Below, in pieces: positions 50,395-58,850 of a stretch of DNA of 64,000 bases (the stretch's first letter is position 1; each line of letters begins with the position of its first letter). A model generated the notes under the pieces. That model did no database searches. It saw nothing but the letters and a program-made list of their open reading frames with translations, and was not told where the DNA came from. Source of the stretch: an uncultured virus (IMG/VR IMGVR_UViG_3300017751_000009). Its lineage: Duplodnaviria > Heunggongvirae > Uroviricota > Caudoviricetes. The stretch is taken from IMG/VR virus record IMGVR_UViG_3300017751_000009. One strand, given 5' to 3'. A program made the translations under genes and the position numbers.

Positions 50395-50903
50395 ATATCT
50401 TTGTTACGGATGAATCTCCTCACAAGTCTGCTGAGGTTCTACCCGACAAGCACATTGTCAAGATGCCTCTGGAGACCTGCCAGATGCTCGCTATAGTCGC
50501 CTCAGACAAGTGGGGCCATGGTTATGGTACTTTGCCTAAGGCAGATGGCAACGCCTATGCTACAGAGAAAGGAGCGTTCCGTAATCACCCCTGCACTAAG
50601 TGGGCAAACGAGACTATAGCAAATGCTCGCTGGTTGCTTGAGCATGGTGTTGCATTATGTGACGAGTATTACAATCGGTATGGAAAAAACCATACCTGCT
50701 ATAGGACTCTCCTTGCTGCTGACGAGATCATTCCTTATGTGAAGTGGGATGATCACACTCCTTTTGTCTTTGCAGGACCTGATGAGTTCAAGCTTGACAC
50801 TTCAATATCCATCTTTGACAAATATAAGATGTATGTTGCATCTAAACCATGGGTGTGCGATAATTATCTTCGTCTCCCCAACCGTAAACCTGAGTGGGTG
50901 TAA
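50391..50903 (+). CDS. Pyrimidine-dimer DNA glycosylase (DenV-like)
   Basis: MNIFV...DKHIVKMPLE..QML, NHPCTKW, EY..RYGK.H. Confidence 0.8.
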   Translation: MNIFVTDESPHKSAEVLPDKHIVKMPLETCQMLAIVASDKWGHGYGTLPKADGNAYATEKGAFRNHPCTKWANETIANARWLLEHGVALCDEYYNRYGKNHTCYRTLLAADEIIPYVKWDDHTPFVFAGPDEFKLDTSISIFDKYKMYVASKPWVCDNYLRLPNRKPEWV

Positions 50904-51058
50904 TGAAAGCAATTAGGGTTGATGTGAAAACCCAAGTCACTGTCCTCATCAACGAGGATGATGATTACTGGGCAATCAAACACAATGCAATGCAACAAGT
51001 GCATGATGATATTCACTGGCACTTAAAAGATAAATTTGTTATTAATTATTCTCAATGA
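50903..51058 (+). CDS. Small hypothetical protein (51 aa)
   Basis: MKAIRVDVKTQVTVLINEDDDYWAIKHNAMQQVHDDIHWHLKDKFVINYSQ; overlaps both neighbours. Confidence 0.6.
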   Translation: MKAIRVDVKTQVTVLINEDDDYWAIKHNAMQQVHDDIHWHLKDKFVINYSQ

Positions 51059-51204
51059 AAACTACTTTGACCGTTGATGAAAACGGAATTCTAACATTCC
51101 CCGAAAAGTTTCTTGAAGAGATTGGATGGAAAGAAGGGGATTTGTTAGAATGGATTCCTAATGATGACAACTCATTTACTTTGGTGAAAAAAGAACATGC
51201 GTAA
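51055..51204 (+). CDS. AbrB/MazE-like small DNA-binding protein (49 aa)
   Basis: MKTTLTVDENGILTFPEKFLEEIGWKEGDLLEW...FTLVK, a swapped-hairpin pattern. Confidence 0.7.
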   Translation: MKTTLTVDENGILTFPEKFLEEIGWKEGDLLEWIPNDDNSFTLVKKEHA

Positions 51205-52141
51205 TGAATTTCTTTGGGTCGAAAAATATCGTCCTAAAACTATTGATGAGTGTATCCTTCCTGAGTCTACTAAAAAAACTTTCAGTGAGTTTCTTAAGCA
51301 GGGGGAGATTCCCAATCTTCTTCTTGCCGGTCCTGCTGGTTGTGGTAAAACTACTATAGCTCGTGCTCTGTGTGAGCAACTTAATTGTGACTACATAATT
51401 ATAAATGGATCCGATGAAGGAAGATTTCTTGACACGGTGCGGAATCAAGCAAAGAACTTTGCTTCGACCGTATCACTTTCGTCAGATGCTAACCACAAAG
51501 TCATCATCATTGACGAAGCTGATAACACAACCCATGATGTACAGCTCCTCCTTAGGGCAAACATTGAGGCATTTTATAACAATTGCAGATTCATCTTTAC
51601 CTGTAACTACAAAAACAAACTCATCGAACCACTCCACTCCAGATGTGCAGTCATTGAGTTTGGAATCACCGGAAATAAAAAACCAGCAATTGCAGCAGAA
51701 TTCTTCAACCGTCTCAGGGCTATACTTGAGACAGAAAATGTTGACTATGATCAAAAGGTTCTTCTAGAACTTATTAACAAGCACTTCCCTGATTGGCGTC
51801 GTGTATTAAATGAGTGTCAAAGATACTCTGTTGGTGGTAAAATTGACTCAGCTATCCTTGCTGAATTTGGAGATGTAAAAGTAAATGACCTTATTCAAAA
51901 ACTTAAGAACAAAGATTTTCAGGCGGTTAGGAAGTGGGTCGTTTCTAATCTGGACAACGATTCTAGTGTACTTCTTCGTCGTGTGTATGACGCTCTTGTT
52001 CCATCCTTGGACGGTCCTAGCATTGCTGCTGCTGTGCTCATTATTGCTAAGTATCAATATCAAATTGCGTTCGTAGCTGATCAGGAGATTAATCTTCTCG
52101 CAGCATTAACTGAAATTATGGTAGAGTGTAACTTTAAATGA
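51197..52141 (+). CDS. gp44: Clamp loader ATPase subunit
   Basis: LWVEKYRP, GPAGCGKT, IIIDEAD, PLHSRC, FPDWRR. Confidence 0.97.
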   Translation: MRNEFLWVEKYRPKTIDECILPESTKKTFSEFLKQGEIPNLLLAGPAGCGKTTIARALCEQLNCDYIIINGSDEGRFLDTVRNQAKNFASTVSLSSDANHKVIIIDEADNTTHDVQLLLRANIEAFYNNCRFIFTCNYKNKLIEPLHSRCAVIEFGITGNKKPAIAAEFFNRLRAILETENVDYDQKVLLELINKHFPDWRRVLNECQRYSVGGKIDSAILAEFGDVKVNDLIQKLKNKDFQAVRKWVVSNLDNDSSVLLRRVYDALVPSLDGPSIAAAVLIIAKYQYQIAFVADQEINLLAALTEIMVECNFK

Positions 52142-52968
52142 AATCCTATAAAACTCCATTAAGATACCCTGGCGGCAAATCTAGAGCAGTGCAAAAATTG
52201 TTTGCTTATCTGCCAGATAAATCATACGATGAGTTTCGCGAACCCTTCTTGGGAGGTGGATCTGTTGCTATTGAATGGACTAAGAGATACCCTAACACTG
52301 CAGTATGGGTTAGTGATCTTTATGAGCCTCTGGTAAACTTTTGGCAACATCTACAGTCATCTGGTATTGAGATGCGTAATGAGTTGAATCAACTCAAGCA
52401 TCGTCATGTTGACCATGCTAGTGCAAAGTCTTTGTTTCTTGAATCAAAAGATTATCTTAATGATGGGAAAGATAACTTTCATCGAGCTGTTAGTTTTTAT
52501 GTCATAAATAAATGTTCCTTCAGTGGTCTTACTGAATCATCTTCTTTCTCTAAACAAGCTTCGGATAGTAATTTTAGTTTCAGAGGTATTGATAAACTTC
52601 CAGTATTTTCTGAACTAATTAAGGACTGGTCTATCACAAATCATCCCTATGATTATCTTATGGATGAGAGTTCTGAGAGGGATATATTCATGTATCTAGA
52701 TCCACCATACGAAATTAAGGATAATTTATATGGCAAAAAAGGATCAATGCATAAAGGATTTGACCATGACAAATTCGCTTCGGATTGCAATTTTAATTCA
52801 TTTGACTCTCTTGTCAGTTACAATTCTAGTCAGCTTATTAAGCATCGCTTCAAAGACTGGAATGCTGCAGAGTTTGATCTGACTTATACGATGCGTTCTG
52901 TTGGTGAGTACATGAAAGAGCAGCAAGAGCGTAAAGAATTAGTACTTATGAATTATGAGGTGGGTTGA
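52138..52968 (+). CDS. dam: DNA adenine methyltransferase (Dam/D12 class)
   Basis: PLRYPGGKS, EPFLGGGS, YLDPPY. Confidence 0.92.
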   Translation: MKSYKTPLRYPGGKSRAVQKLFAYLPDKSYDEFREPFLGGGSVAIEWTKRYPNTAVWVSDLYEPLVNFWQHLQSSGIEMRNELNQLKHRHVDHASAKSLFLESKDYLNDGKDNFHRAVSFYVINKCSFSGLTESSSFSKQASDSNFSFRGIDKLPVFSELIKDWSITNHPYDYLMDESSERDIFMYLDPPYEIKDNLYGKKGSMHKGFDHDKFASDCNFNSFDSLVSYNSSQLIKHRFKDWNAAEFDLTYTMRSVGEYMKEQQERKELVLMNYEVG

Positions 52969-54668
52969 TGAAAATTATTGGAATCTATGGTGCCTTAGAT
53001 TGGGATGCAAATCTTTTTGACAAAAGTGATACTTATATTCATGATGCAGGAGCAACTCTGTTTATCAATGGAATTCATATTAGAAGCATTAATGAAGAAA
53101 GATTGACTCGTATTAAAGATGACGGTAATTTTCCATATAAGTCTATTGAATATGTTCTTGGTGGATATACAAAAGAAGAAATTGATGTTGTTTGTTACCC
53201 TATAGCTTATCCTGATATATTTCAGAAACAGCTTGTAGATGGTACTTGCAGTAGGATGATTAAGGAACAGTTTCCTAATGCTGAGATTTGGTTATTGTCA
53301 CATCATCTTTGCCATGCAGCGTCTACAGTCTTTTCTTCACCTTTCAATAGTGGTAGTTTCTTAACTCTTGATGGACTTGGTAGTGGGATTTGGGATTTTG
53401 CTAGTGGTCACCCTCGTGGTGGTGAGAATAATAGTATTGGATATTTTGATAAGAGCAAACGCATCTTTAGATTTTTTAGGGGAACTGGTGATCTAGGTAT
53501 GAACTCATTTGGTGAGTTCTATTGTAATATGTCTCAGATGATTTATGATGATAAGCATAAAGAATTGATGCAGCAAGAGTCTAAATTGAAACCTGAGGTA
53601 GTAGAAAATATTCAGTTTGCTCAAAACTTTGATGTAACTCCAAAAGAAGGTAAGATCATGGGATTGTCATCTTATGGTAAATTGTTAGAAGGGCAAGGAC
53701 CTCCCACATGCATATCTACCTTGTTTCCTACATCTAATTTTGATATTGATCGTTGGGAAACTGGAATGCCAGAAGTGCATTTCTATGATTATGAAATGTT
53801 GTATAATAATCTGAAGGGAACTGTAGAGGATAAAGCATACTATGTTCAGTTTTGGTTTGAAAAAAGTCTTGAGTATCTTATTCATGAATTAAAAAAAGAC
53901 TATCTAGAAGAAGATAATTGTTTTGCTGGAGGAACTTTCCTTAATGTATGTGCAAATACTATACTGAAACCATTGTTCCGTAATATTCATATTCCTCCGT
54001 TTACTAATGACTCTGGAATTCATTTTGGTGCAGCAGCTTGGGGTGTTTATAGATCTAAAGAAACTATTGAGTTGCCACATAACATTGCACTACTAGGTAA
54101 CTCTTATGATGACTTTGTTCCAGAAGAAAAAAATTGTAAGCATTATGATAATTTTGATGATCTCTGTGAATTCCTAGCAAAAGAATTGGATGATGATAAG
54201 ATCGTTGGTTGGTTCCAAGGCAGGTCAGAATATGGTCCTAGGTCTTTGGGATCTAGATCATTGTTGATGAGTCCTAAGAGATCTGAAAACAAAGATATTC
54301 TGAATGATAGGGTTAAAAAGAGAGAGACCTGGCGTCCTTTTGCTGGTATAATGCTAGAAGAAAAAGTTGGTGAGTACTTTGATCCTGGTTTTGTGAGTCC
54401 GTATATGTTGTACTCGCAAACTTCCATCACTAAAAAACTTCCTGCAATTACTCATAAGGATAAGTCATGTAGAATTCAAACTGTAAATGAGAAACAGAAT
54501 GCTAAAATCTATCAACTTCTTTCTAAACTTGAACCACCAGTATTGTTGAATACCTCGTTCAATCAAAGTGGAGAACCAATCATTGAGACTCCAGAGGATG
54601 CCATTTCCTCTTTTAAAAAAATGGATATTGATTATCTCGTTATTGGAAATTATTTGTTATGGAATTAA
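52968..54668 (+). CDS. Carbamoyltransferase (NodU/CmcH family)
   Basis: HDAGA, EERLTRIK, HHLCHAAS, LTLDG, EGKIMGLSSYG, NDSG, GWFQGRSEYGPRSLG, WRPFA, RIQTV, LNTSFN..GEPI. Confidence 0.92.
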   Translation: MKIIGIYGALDWDANLFDKSDTYIHDAGATLFINGIHIRSINEERLTRIKDDGNFPYKSIEYVLGGYTKEEIDVVCYPIAYPDIFQKQLVDGTCSRMIKEQFPNAEIWLLSHHLCHAASTVFSSPFNSGSFLTLDGLGSGIWDFASGHPRGGENNSIGYFDKSKRIFRFFRGTGDLGMNSFGEFYCNMSQMIYDDKHKELMQQESKLKPEVVENIQFAQNFDVTPKEGKIMGLSSYGKLLEGQGPPTCISTLFPTSNFDIDRWETGMPEVHFYDYEMLYNNLKGTVEDKAYYVQFWFEKSLEYLIHELKKDYLEEDNCFAGGTFLNVCANTILKPLFRNIHIPPFTNDSGIHFGAAAWGVYRSKETIELPHNIALLGNSYDDFVPEEKNCKHYDNFDDLCEFLAKELDDDKIVGWFQGRSEYGPRSLGSRSLLMSPKRSENKDILNDRVKKRETWRPFAGIMLEEKVGEYFDPGFVSPYMLYSQTSITKKLPAITHKDKSCRIQTVNEKQNAKIYQLLSKLEPPVLLNTSFNQSGEPIIETPEDAISSFKKMDIDYLVIGNYLLWN

Positions 54669-55036
54669 AAGACTGGCTTAATTCCATTAACCTCACCAAA
54701 GAAGATCTGAGTGAGGACCCTGAAGATATTAAAAAGTATCCTCCTTACATCATAAACCGTTGTCTCTCTGGACATTTGGATGCAATCTTATTTGCAAATG
54801 AGATGAATAAGAACGCTCATTTATCTAAAGATATGCAGTACCAATTCCTACTACATAGCATCAGGAAGAAGAAAAGATTCTCTCCTTGGTTGCGGCAAGA
54901 CAAGATTGTTGATCTTGAGTTAGTAAAAAAATATTACGGTTATAGTAATGAAAAAGCACAACAAGCTTTAAAGATTCTGACTTCAGAACAAATAAACTTT
55001 ATTCGTAAAAAATTGGATACGGGTGGTATCAAATGA
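54659..55036 (+). CDS. gp62: Clamp loader small subunit
   Basis: LKDWLNSIN, YPPYIINRCLS, RKKKRFSPW, YYGYSNEKA. Confidence 0.93.
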   Translation: MELKDWLNSINLTKEDLSEDPEDIKKYPPYIINRCLSGHLDAILFANEMNKNAHLSKDMQYQFLLHSIRKKKRFSPWLRQDKIVDLELVKKYYGYSNEKAQQALKILTSEQINFIRKKLDTGGIK

Positions 55037-55896
55037 AAGTTCTTAGCATTGATGTTGATTATTGTTTTCCTGCTATTGAGAAATGGCCTAATGAAAATGG
55101 TGAACTTTGGGATGAGTGGCATGCTTTTACAAAGTGGGAAAATTATTTTAAGACCTATCCTGATCTAAATTGTAGAGAAGAGATCGTAGATGAAAAGTGT
55201 TTTGATTATATGGTTGAGACTTTTACTAAGGCTCTGTATGCAAATCCAAATGCAACAGTTGCATTTGGACTAGATCATGATTATATTCTCGAAGAACTTC
55301 TTGACAAAGAAGATCTGGAAATTGTTAATATTGATCACCATGATGATTTTCTGGCAGGTGCATACTTAGATCAACTCACTAATCATGATAAATCAGGAAA
55401 AAATGATGATGATGATGAGGACACTTGGTTGCAGTTCTTGTCATGTCACCTCATTGAATATCATTATGCTAAAACTTATGGGAAAGTTGATGAGGGTAGT
55501 TGGGGAGGATACTTACATGCTTTAGGAAAATTGAAGGCTATGACATGGATTCATAATAATGATAAAGATGAGTATGATACTAGAAGTATTGTGAACAGAT
55601 TTATTTGTAATAATGTTGGTAAGTATGCTGACTGGGGATTTGCTACGGCAGAAGAATATGATCATGGTAATTATGAGTATGATCATATCTTTGTTTGCCT
55701 ATCTCCACAATATTTTCCACACAGTCAATGGGATATCTTTAGTGTCTTTCTAGGAATCTATGAAGATTTTACAGGTAAAGACTGTAAGTTAGATGAGTTT
55801 TGGTATAAGAGAACTATTAATACGATGGCATATAGAAATGTATACGATACTTTAAAACCTGCATTAGAGGACATCAAAAGAAGTTTAGCTAAATAA
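55033..55896 (+). CDS. UPF0489/arginase-like metallohydrolase
   Basis: VLSIDVDY, DHDYI, VNIDHHDD, EGSW, FVCLSPQY. Confidence 0.6.
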   Translation: MKVLSIDVDYCFPAIEKWPNENGELWDEWHAFTKWENYFKTYPDLNCREEIVDEKCFDYMVETFTKALYANPNATVAFGLDHDYILEELLDKEDLEIVNIDHHDDFLAGAYLDQLTNHDKSGKNDDDDEDTWLQFLSCHLIEYHYAKTYGKVDEGSWGGYLHALGKLKAMTWIHNNDKDEYDTRSIVNRFICNNVGKYADWGFATAEEYDHGNYEYDHIFVCLSPQYFPHSQWDIFSVFLGIYEDFTGKDCKLDEFWYKRTINTMAYRNVYDTLKPALEDIKRSLAK

Positions 55897-55918
55897 TAAA
55901 AAGTTTTTGTTTTGTGAC

Positions 55919-56359
55919 ATGAGCGTCGTTATTGAGCCGACCGTTGAGTGGTCGCCTGAGAACATGATTGAGGTTGTCCTAGGAGAACCTGACGATTTTT
56001 TAAAAGTGCGAGAAACTCTGACTAGAATCGGTGTTGCATCTCGTAAAGAAAAAAAATTATATCAGTCTTGTCATATCTTACATAAGCAAGGTAGATATTT
56101 CATTGTTCACTTTAAAGAATTGTTTGCTCTTGATGGCAAGAAAGCAAATCTTACTGTTAATGATGTTCAACGCCGTAATAGAATTACACAACTCCTTGCT
56201 GATTGGGGATTAATTTCTGTAGTTGTGGCTGAAATGATTGAGGATATTGCTCCTTTGAATCAGATTAAAGTTTTATCCTACAAAGATAAAGGGAATTGGG
56301 CTTTAGAGACTAAGTATAACATTGGTCGTAAGGTTAAAGTTGAAGGCGAAGAAGGTTAA
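55919..56359 (+). CDS. regA: Translational repressor RegA
   Basis: DDFLKVRETLTRIGVAS, LYQSCHILHKQGRYFIVHFKELFALDG, KYNIG. Confidence 0.97.
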   Translation: MSVVIEPTVEWSPENMIEVVLGEPDDFLKVRETLTRIGVASRKEKKLYQSCHILHKQGRYFIVHFKELFALDGKKANLTVNDVQRRNRITQLLADWGLISVVVAEMIEDIAPLNQIKVLSYKDKGNWALETKYNIGRKVKVEGEEG

Positions 56360-56420
56360 TAAATAGATCGTCGCTCTTTCGTGCGCGACTCTCTACGACG
56401 GATTCGCTACCAAAGTAGAT

Positions 56421-56443
56421 AGGGGGCTTGACGCCCCTTTTTT
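56421..56443 (+). terminator. Rho-independent terminator
   Basis: AGGGGGC-TTGAC-GCCCCTT followed by a T run. Confidence 0.8.
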
Positions 56444-56456
56444 AATGGTGTATAAT
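56428..56456 (+). promoter_or_regulatory. sigma70 promoter TTGACG-17-TATAAT
   Basis: The -35 box (56428-56433) lies mostly in the terminator loop; the -10 box is at 56451-56456. Confidence 0.8.
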
Positions 56457-56461
56457 ATGGA

Positions 56462-56538
56462 GGTCAGGGAGGGAGACCACCTTGACTGCGGTACTCCCCT
56501 TAGTAGGTTCAGGAGTAGCGGCGATAGGAACCTACTAA
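56462..56538 (+). ncRNA. Candidate structured RNA (GNRA hairpin plus H-type pseudoknot)
   Basis: Hairpin 56463-56486 with a GAGA loop; TACTCC/GGAGTA stem; loop TAGTAGGTTC pairs perfectly with GAACCTACTA. Confidence 0.6.
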
Positions 56539-56610
56539 ATATAATGTCTCAACAGTTTTCGCTATCGAGACACCTAACGGTACAACCGTAGATTTTTATC
56601 TAAAGAATTA

Positions 56611-57645
56611 ATGCCTAACACAGAACGCACCAGAAAAGGTTTTGGCGATATCCTGGATCTCGAAAATCCACAGTTAAAGAACCTACCCAAGCCTAAGCAA
56701 AAAAACGCAACATTCATCAAGTTTTCTTTCCTTGATCTCGATACCGTCGATGAAGAGGATGAGTATTATTGGAACCTTGCTGTCCGGGATGATCAGAACA
56801 ATACCTCTCGGATTGAAGCAATGCAAGTTTCATATATTAACTATGGATGGCTTTATAACGATTTCCCCCCTTGTATTGGTACTGACAATCGTCCTAGAGA
56901 CGGTAGGACTCGTATCCTTGCAGCAAAGCGTGCTGGAGAGAGGTGGATTATTGTTGCTATCTTCTCATACGATGACAACGGTAGTCCAATCACTAGCTAC
57001 ATTTCCAATTCTCTTGCCTGTCAGCAGCGTCCTGCATCCACTGGGGTATGCATTAACGATTTTATTATGGCAGGGATTGCTTGTGTTAATGCTGGAGAAT
57101 GCTTGCCAGAGAGATCTGCAGTAGAAGACCTCGTTTACAATGAACTGCAAGCTGAGAGCTTCTTCTCTCCTCGTGGAGGTGCCATAACCAAGATTGTCAA
57201 CAAAATCCTTGATGATGTCTTGGAAGAAGGTACATCTGGTGGAATCACTGTTGTTAGGAGTCGTGAAGATTGGCAAACTTGGTTGGCAAAAGCCGGTTAT
57301 GTAAAGGGAGATTATATTCTCCTATCGGTTGACAATCCAACTTATGCTATGAGGGCATGGTGTCAGCACTTGCTTCCACACTTTTCTAAGAACAAGTCCA
57401 CAGCAACCATCATCCTTTACACCAACGCTAAGACTGGTACTAAAGCTCGGAGGTATATTTCTGAATTTGCAGTAAACCTCCAGTATTACTACACATCTTC
57501 ATTTGCTATGGTAAATAGGGCACAGTCTGCTGTAGAGATCAAAGTAGCTGATCCTGCACCATACACTATTGCTGGAGCGATCCCTCAGATCCATGACAAT
57601 CACAACATTAATTCTTTTAAATTGGTAGATATCTCGGACTACTGA
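56611..57645 (+). CDS. Hypothetical protein with ParB/Srx-like N-terminal domain
   Basis: GWLYNDFPPCI...PRDGRTRILAAK resembles the ParB-N DGxxR motif. Confidence 0.6.
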   Translation: MPNTERTRKGFGDILDLENPQLKNLPKPKQKNATFIKFSFLDLDTVDEEDEYYWNLAVRDDQNNTSRIEAMQVSYINYGWLYNDFPPCIGTDNRPRDGRTRILAAKRAGERWIIVAIFSYDDNGSPITSYISNSLACQQRPASTGVCINDFIMAGIACVNAGECLPERSAVEDLVYNELQAESFFSPRGGAITKIVNKILDDVLEEGTSGGITVVRSREDWQTWLAKAGYVKGDYILLSVDNPTYAMRAWCQHLLPHFSKNKSTATIILYTNAKTGTKARRYISEFAVNLQYYYTSSFAMVNRAQSAVEIKVADPAPYTIAGAIPQIHDNHNINSFKLVDISDY

Positions 57646-57654
57646 TAACCGAAT

Positions 57655-57686
57655 AAAAAATTACGGGGTTCGCTACCCCGTTTTTT
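57655..57686 (+). terminator. Rho-independent terminator, possibly bidirectional
   Basis: A6 tract, ACGGGGT-TCGCT-ACCCCGT, then a T run. Confidence 0.85.
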
Positions 57687-57697
57687 AATGTCGTCTA

Positions 57698-57760
57698 ATA
57701 AATATTGATGGATGCCTTCGGGGTCCACACAACATAAACTCGCTTTTAAAGGAGCTAAAA
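57698..57760 (+). promoter_or_regulatory. hsp20 leader: late promoter, UUCG hairpin and ROSE-like SD hairpin
   Basis: ATAAATA at 57698; TGGATGCC-TTCG-GGGTCCA; CTCGCTT-TTA-AAGGAG. Confidence 0.6.
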
Positions 57761-58195
57761 ATGACCGACCTTACTAAGTATGGTGCGTCTAACATTGACC
57801 AATTTTTGGATCGTGTTCATCGCAACAGCATTGGTATGAACGAATACTTTGATCGTTTATACTCACTACATGAGACCACTACTAACTATCCTCCCTACAA
57901 CCTAGTATCCATAAATTCTGTAGAGTCCAGGCTAGAGATCGCCCTGGCAGGGTTTAAAAAGGCAGAGTTGTTTGTCTACACACAGGATGGCAAACTCTTT
58001 GTAGAGGGTCAGAAAGAGGACAAGGAGACCGAGACTACCTATCAGCATAAGGGACTAGCACAGAGGTCCTTTACGAGGGTATGGACGCTCTCTGAGGATG
58101 TAGAAGTGAAGAGTGTAGAATTTGAGGATGGACTCCTTTCAATATGTCTAGCTAGGATAGTTCCAGAGCATCATCAACGCAAGGATTGGTTCTAA
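57761..58195 (+). CDS. hsp20: Small heat-shock protein
   Basis: NYPPYNL, LEIALAGF, HKGLAQRSF, FEDGLL, VPEH. Confidence 0.95.
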   Translation: MTDLTKYGASNIDQFLDRVHRNSIGMNEYFDRLYSLHETTTNYPPYNLVSINSVESRLEIALAGFKKAELFVYTQDGKLFVEGQKEDKETETTYQHKGLAQRSFTRVWTLSEDVEVKSVEFEDGLLSICLARIVPEHHQRKDWF

Positions 58196-58200
58196 ATATC

Positions 58201-58236
58201 GGGGGGGTTGTTCACCCCCCATTTTTGTGGTATAAT
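58201..58236 (+). terminator. G/C hairpin terminator followed by extended -10 (TGgTATAAT)
   Basis: GGGGGGT-TGTTC-ACCCCCC then ATTTTT; TATAAT at 58231. Confidence 0.6.
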
Positions 58237-58258
58237 ACCAAGAGGTAAAAAGCATACT

Positions 58259-58573
58259 ATGTCTGTTAGAGTAGCCATTATCGGTAATGATCAAATCATT
58301 GCTGACATCAAAGAGTTGATTGATCCTGAAGACAAGGCTCGTCAATATATGTTCAACAATCCATATCGTGTTATCATGCAACCCACCATGTTGCTGAGTG
58401 AAGATGCAGGAGAGACCGCAGAAAATACATCCCAAGTATCTCTTGCTACTTGGCAACCACTCACGCAAGAGACAACCTTTATTGTCAACCCAAACTCGGT
58501 TCAAACTATCTTTGAACCAGTTGCTGATCTCAAGTCAATGTACCTGGAGCTAATCGATAATGTCACAAATTAA
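58259..58573 (+). CDS. Conserved hypothetical protein (Sm-like)
   Basis: IIADIKEL...NPY...WQPL...TIFEP; start revised to ATG 58259 after a GAGG SD. Confidence 0.75.
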   Translation: MSVRVAIIGNDQIIADIKELIDPEDKARQYMFNNPYRVIMQPTMLLSEDAGETAENTSQVSLATWQPLTQETTFIVNPNSVQTIFEPVADLKSMYLELIDNVTN

Positions 58574-58850
58574 AGTCATTGTATTTAAAGAAGACTACAA
58601 GTGTATTATCGCTGGAATTGAGGAAGTTGGTGCTGACATTGGTGAGCCTGACTGTGAATTAGAAAACCCTTATGAGTTTGTAATTCAAGATGACGATTTT
58701 GATGGAGACTACAAGGATCGTTTGACACCTTGGAAAGTGCTGAATATTTCCTCCGATAAGAAGTGTAGAATTCAAAGCGATACTATTCTAACTCTAGTTA
58801 ACCCAGAGACATTTATTCTCGAAGCATACACCGAACTTACCAGTGAATGA
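58560..58850 (+). CDS. Conserved hypothetical protein
   Basis: IEEVGADIGEPDC.L.NP...PW...SD.ILT; usual gene upstream of gp43. Confidence 0.8.
   Translation: MSQIKVIVFKEDYKCIIAGIEEVGADIGEPDCELENPYEFVIQDDDFDGDYKDRLTPWKVLNISSDKKCRIQSDTILTLVNPETFILEAYTELTSE

Noticed and set aside
56462..56600. tRNA, HDV-like or hammerhead ribozyme interpretation of the structured RNA
   Set aside because: No cloverleaf with proper D and T arms, no room for the HDV P3/L3 element, and no CUGAUGA/GAAA core.
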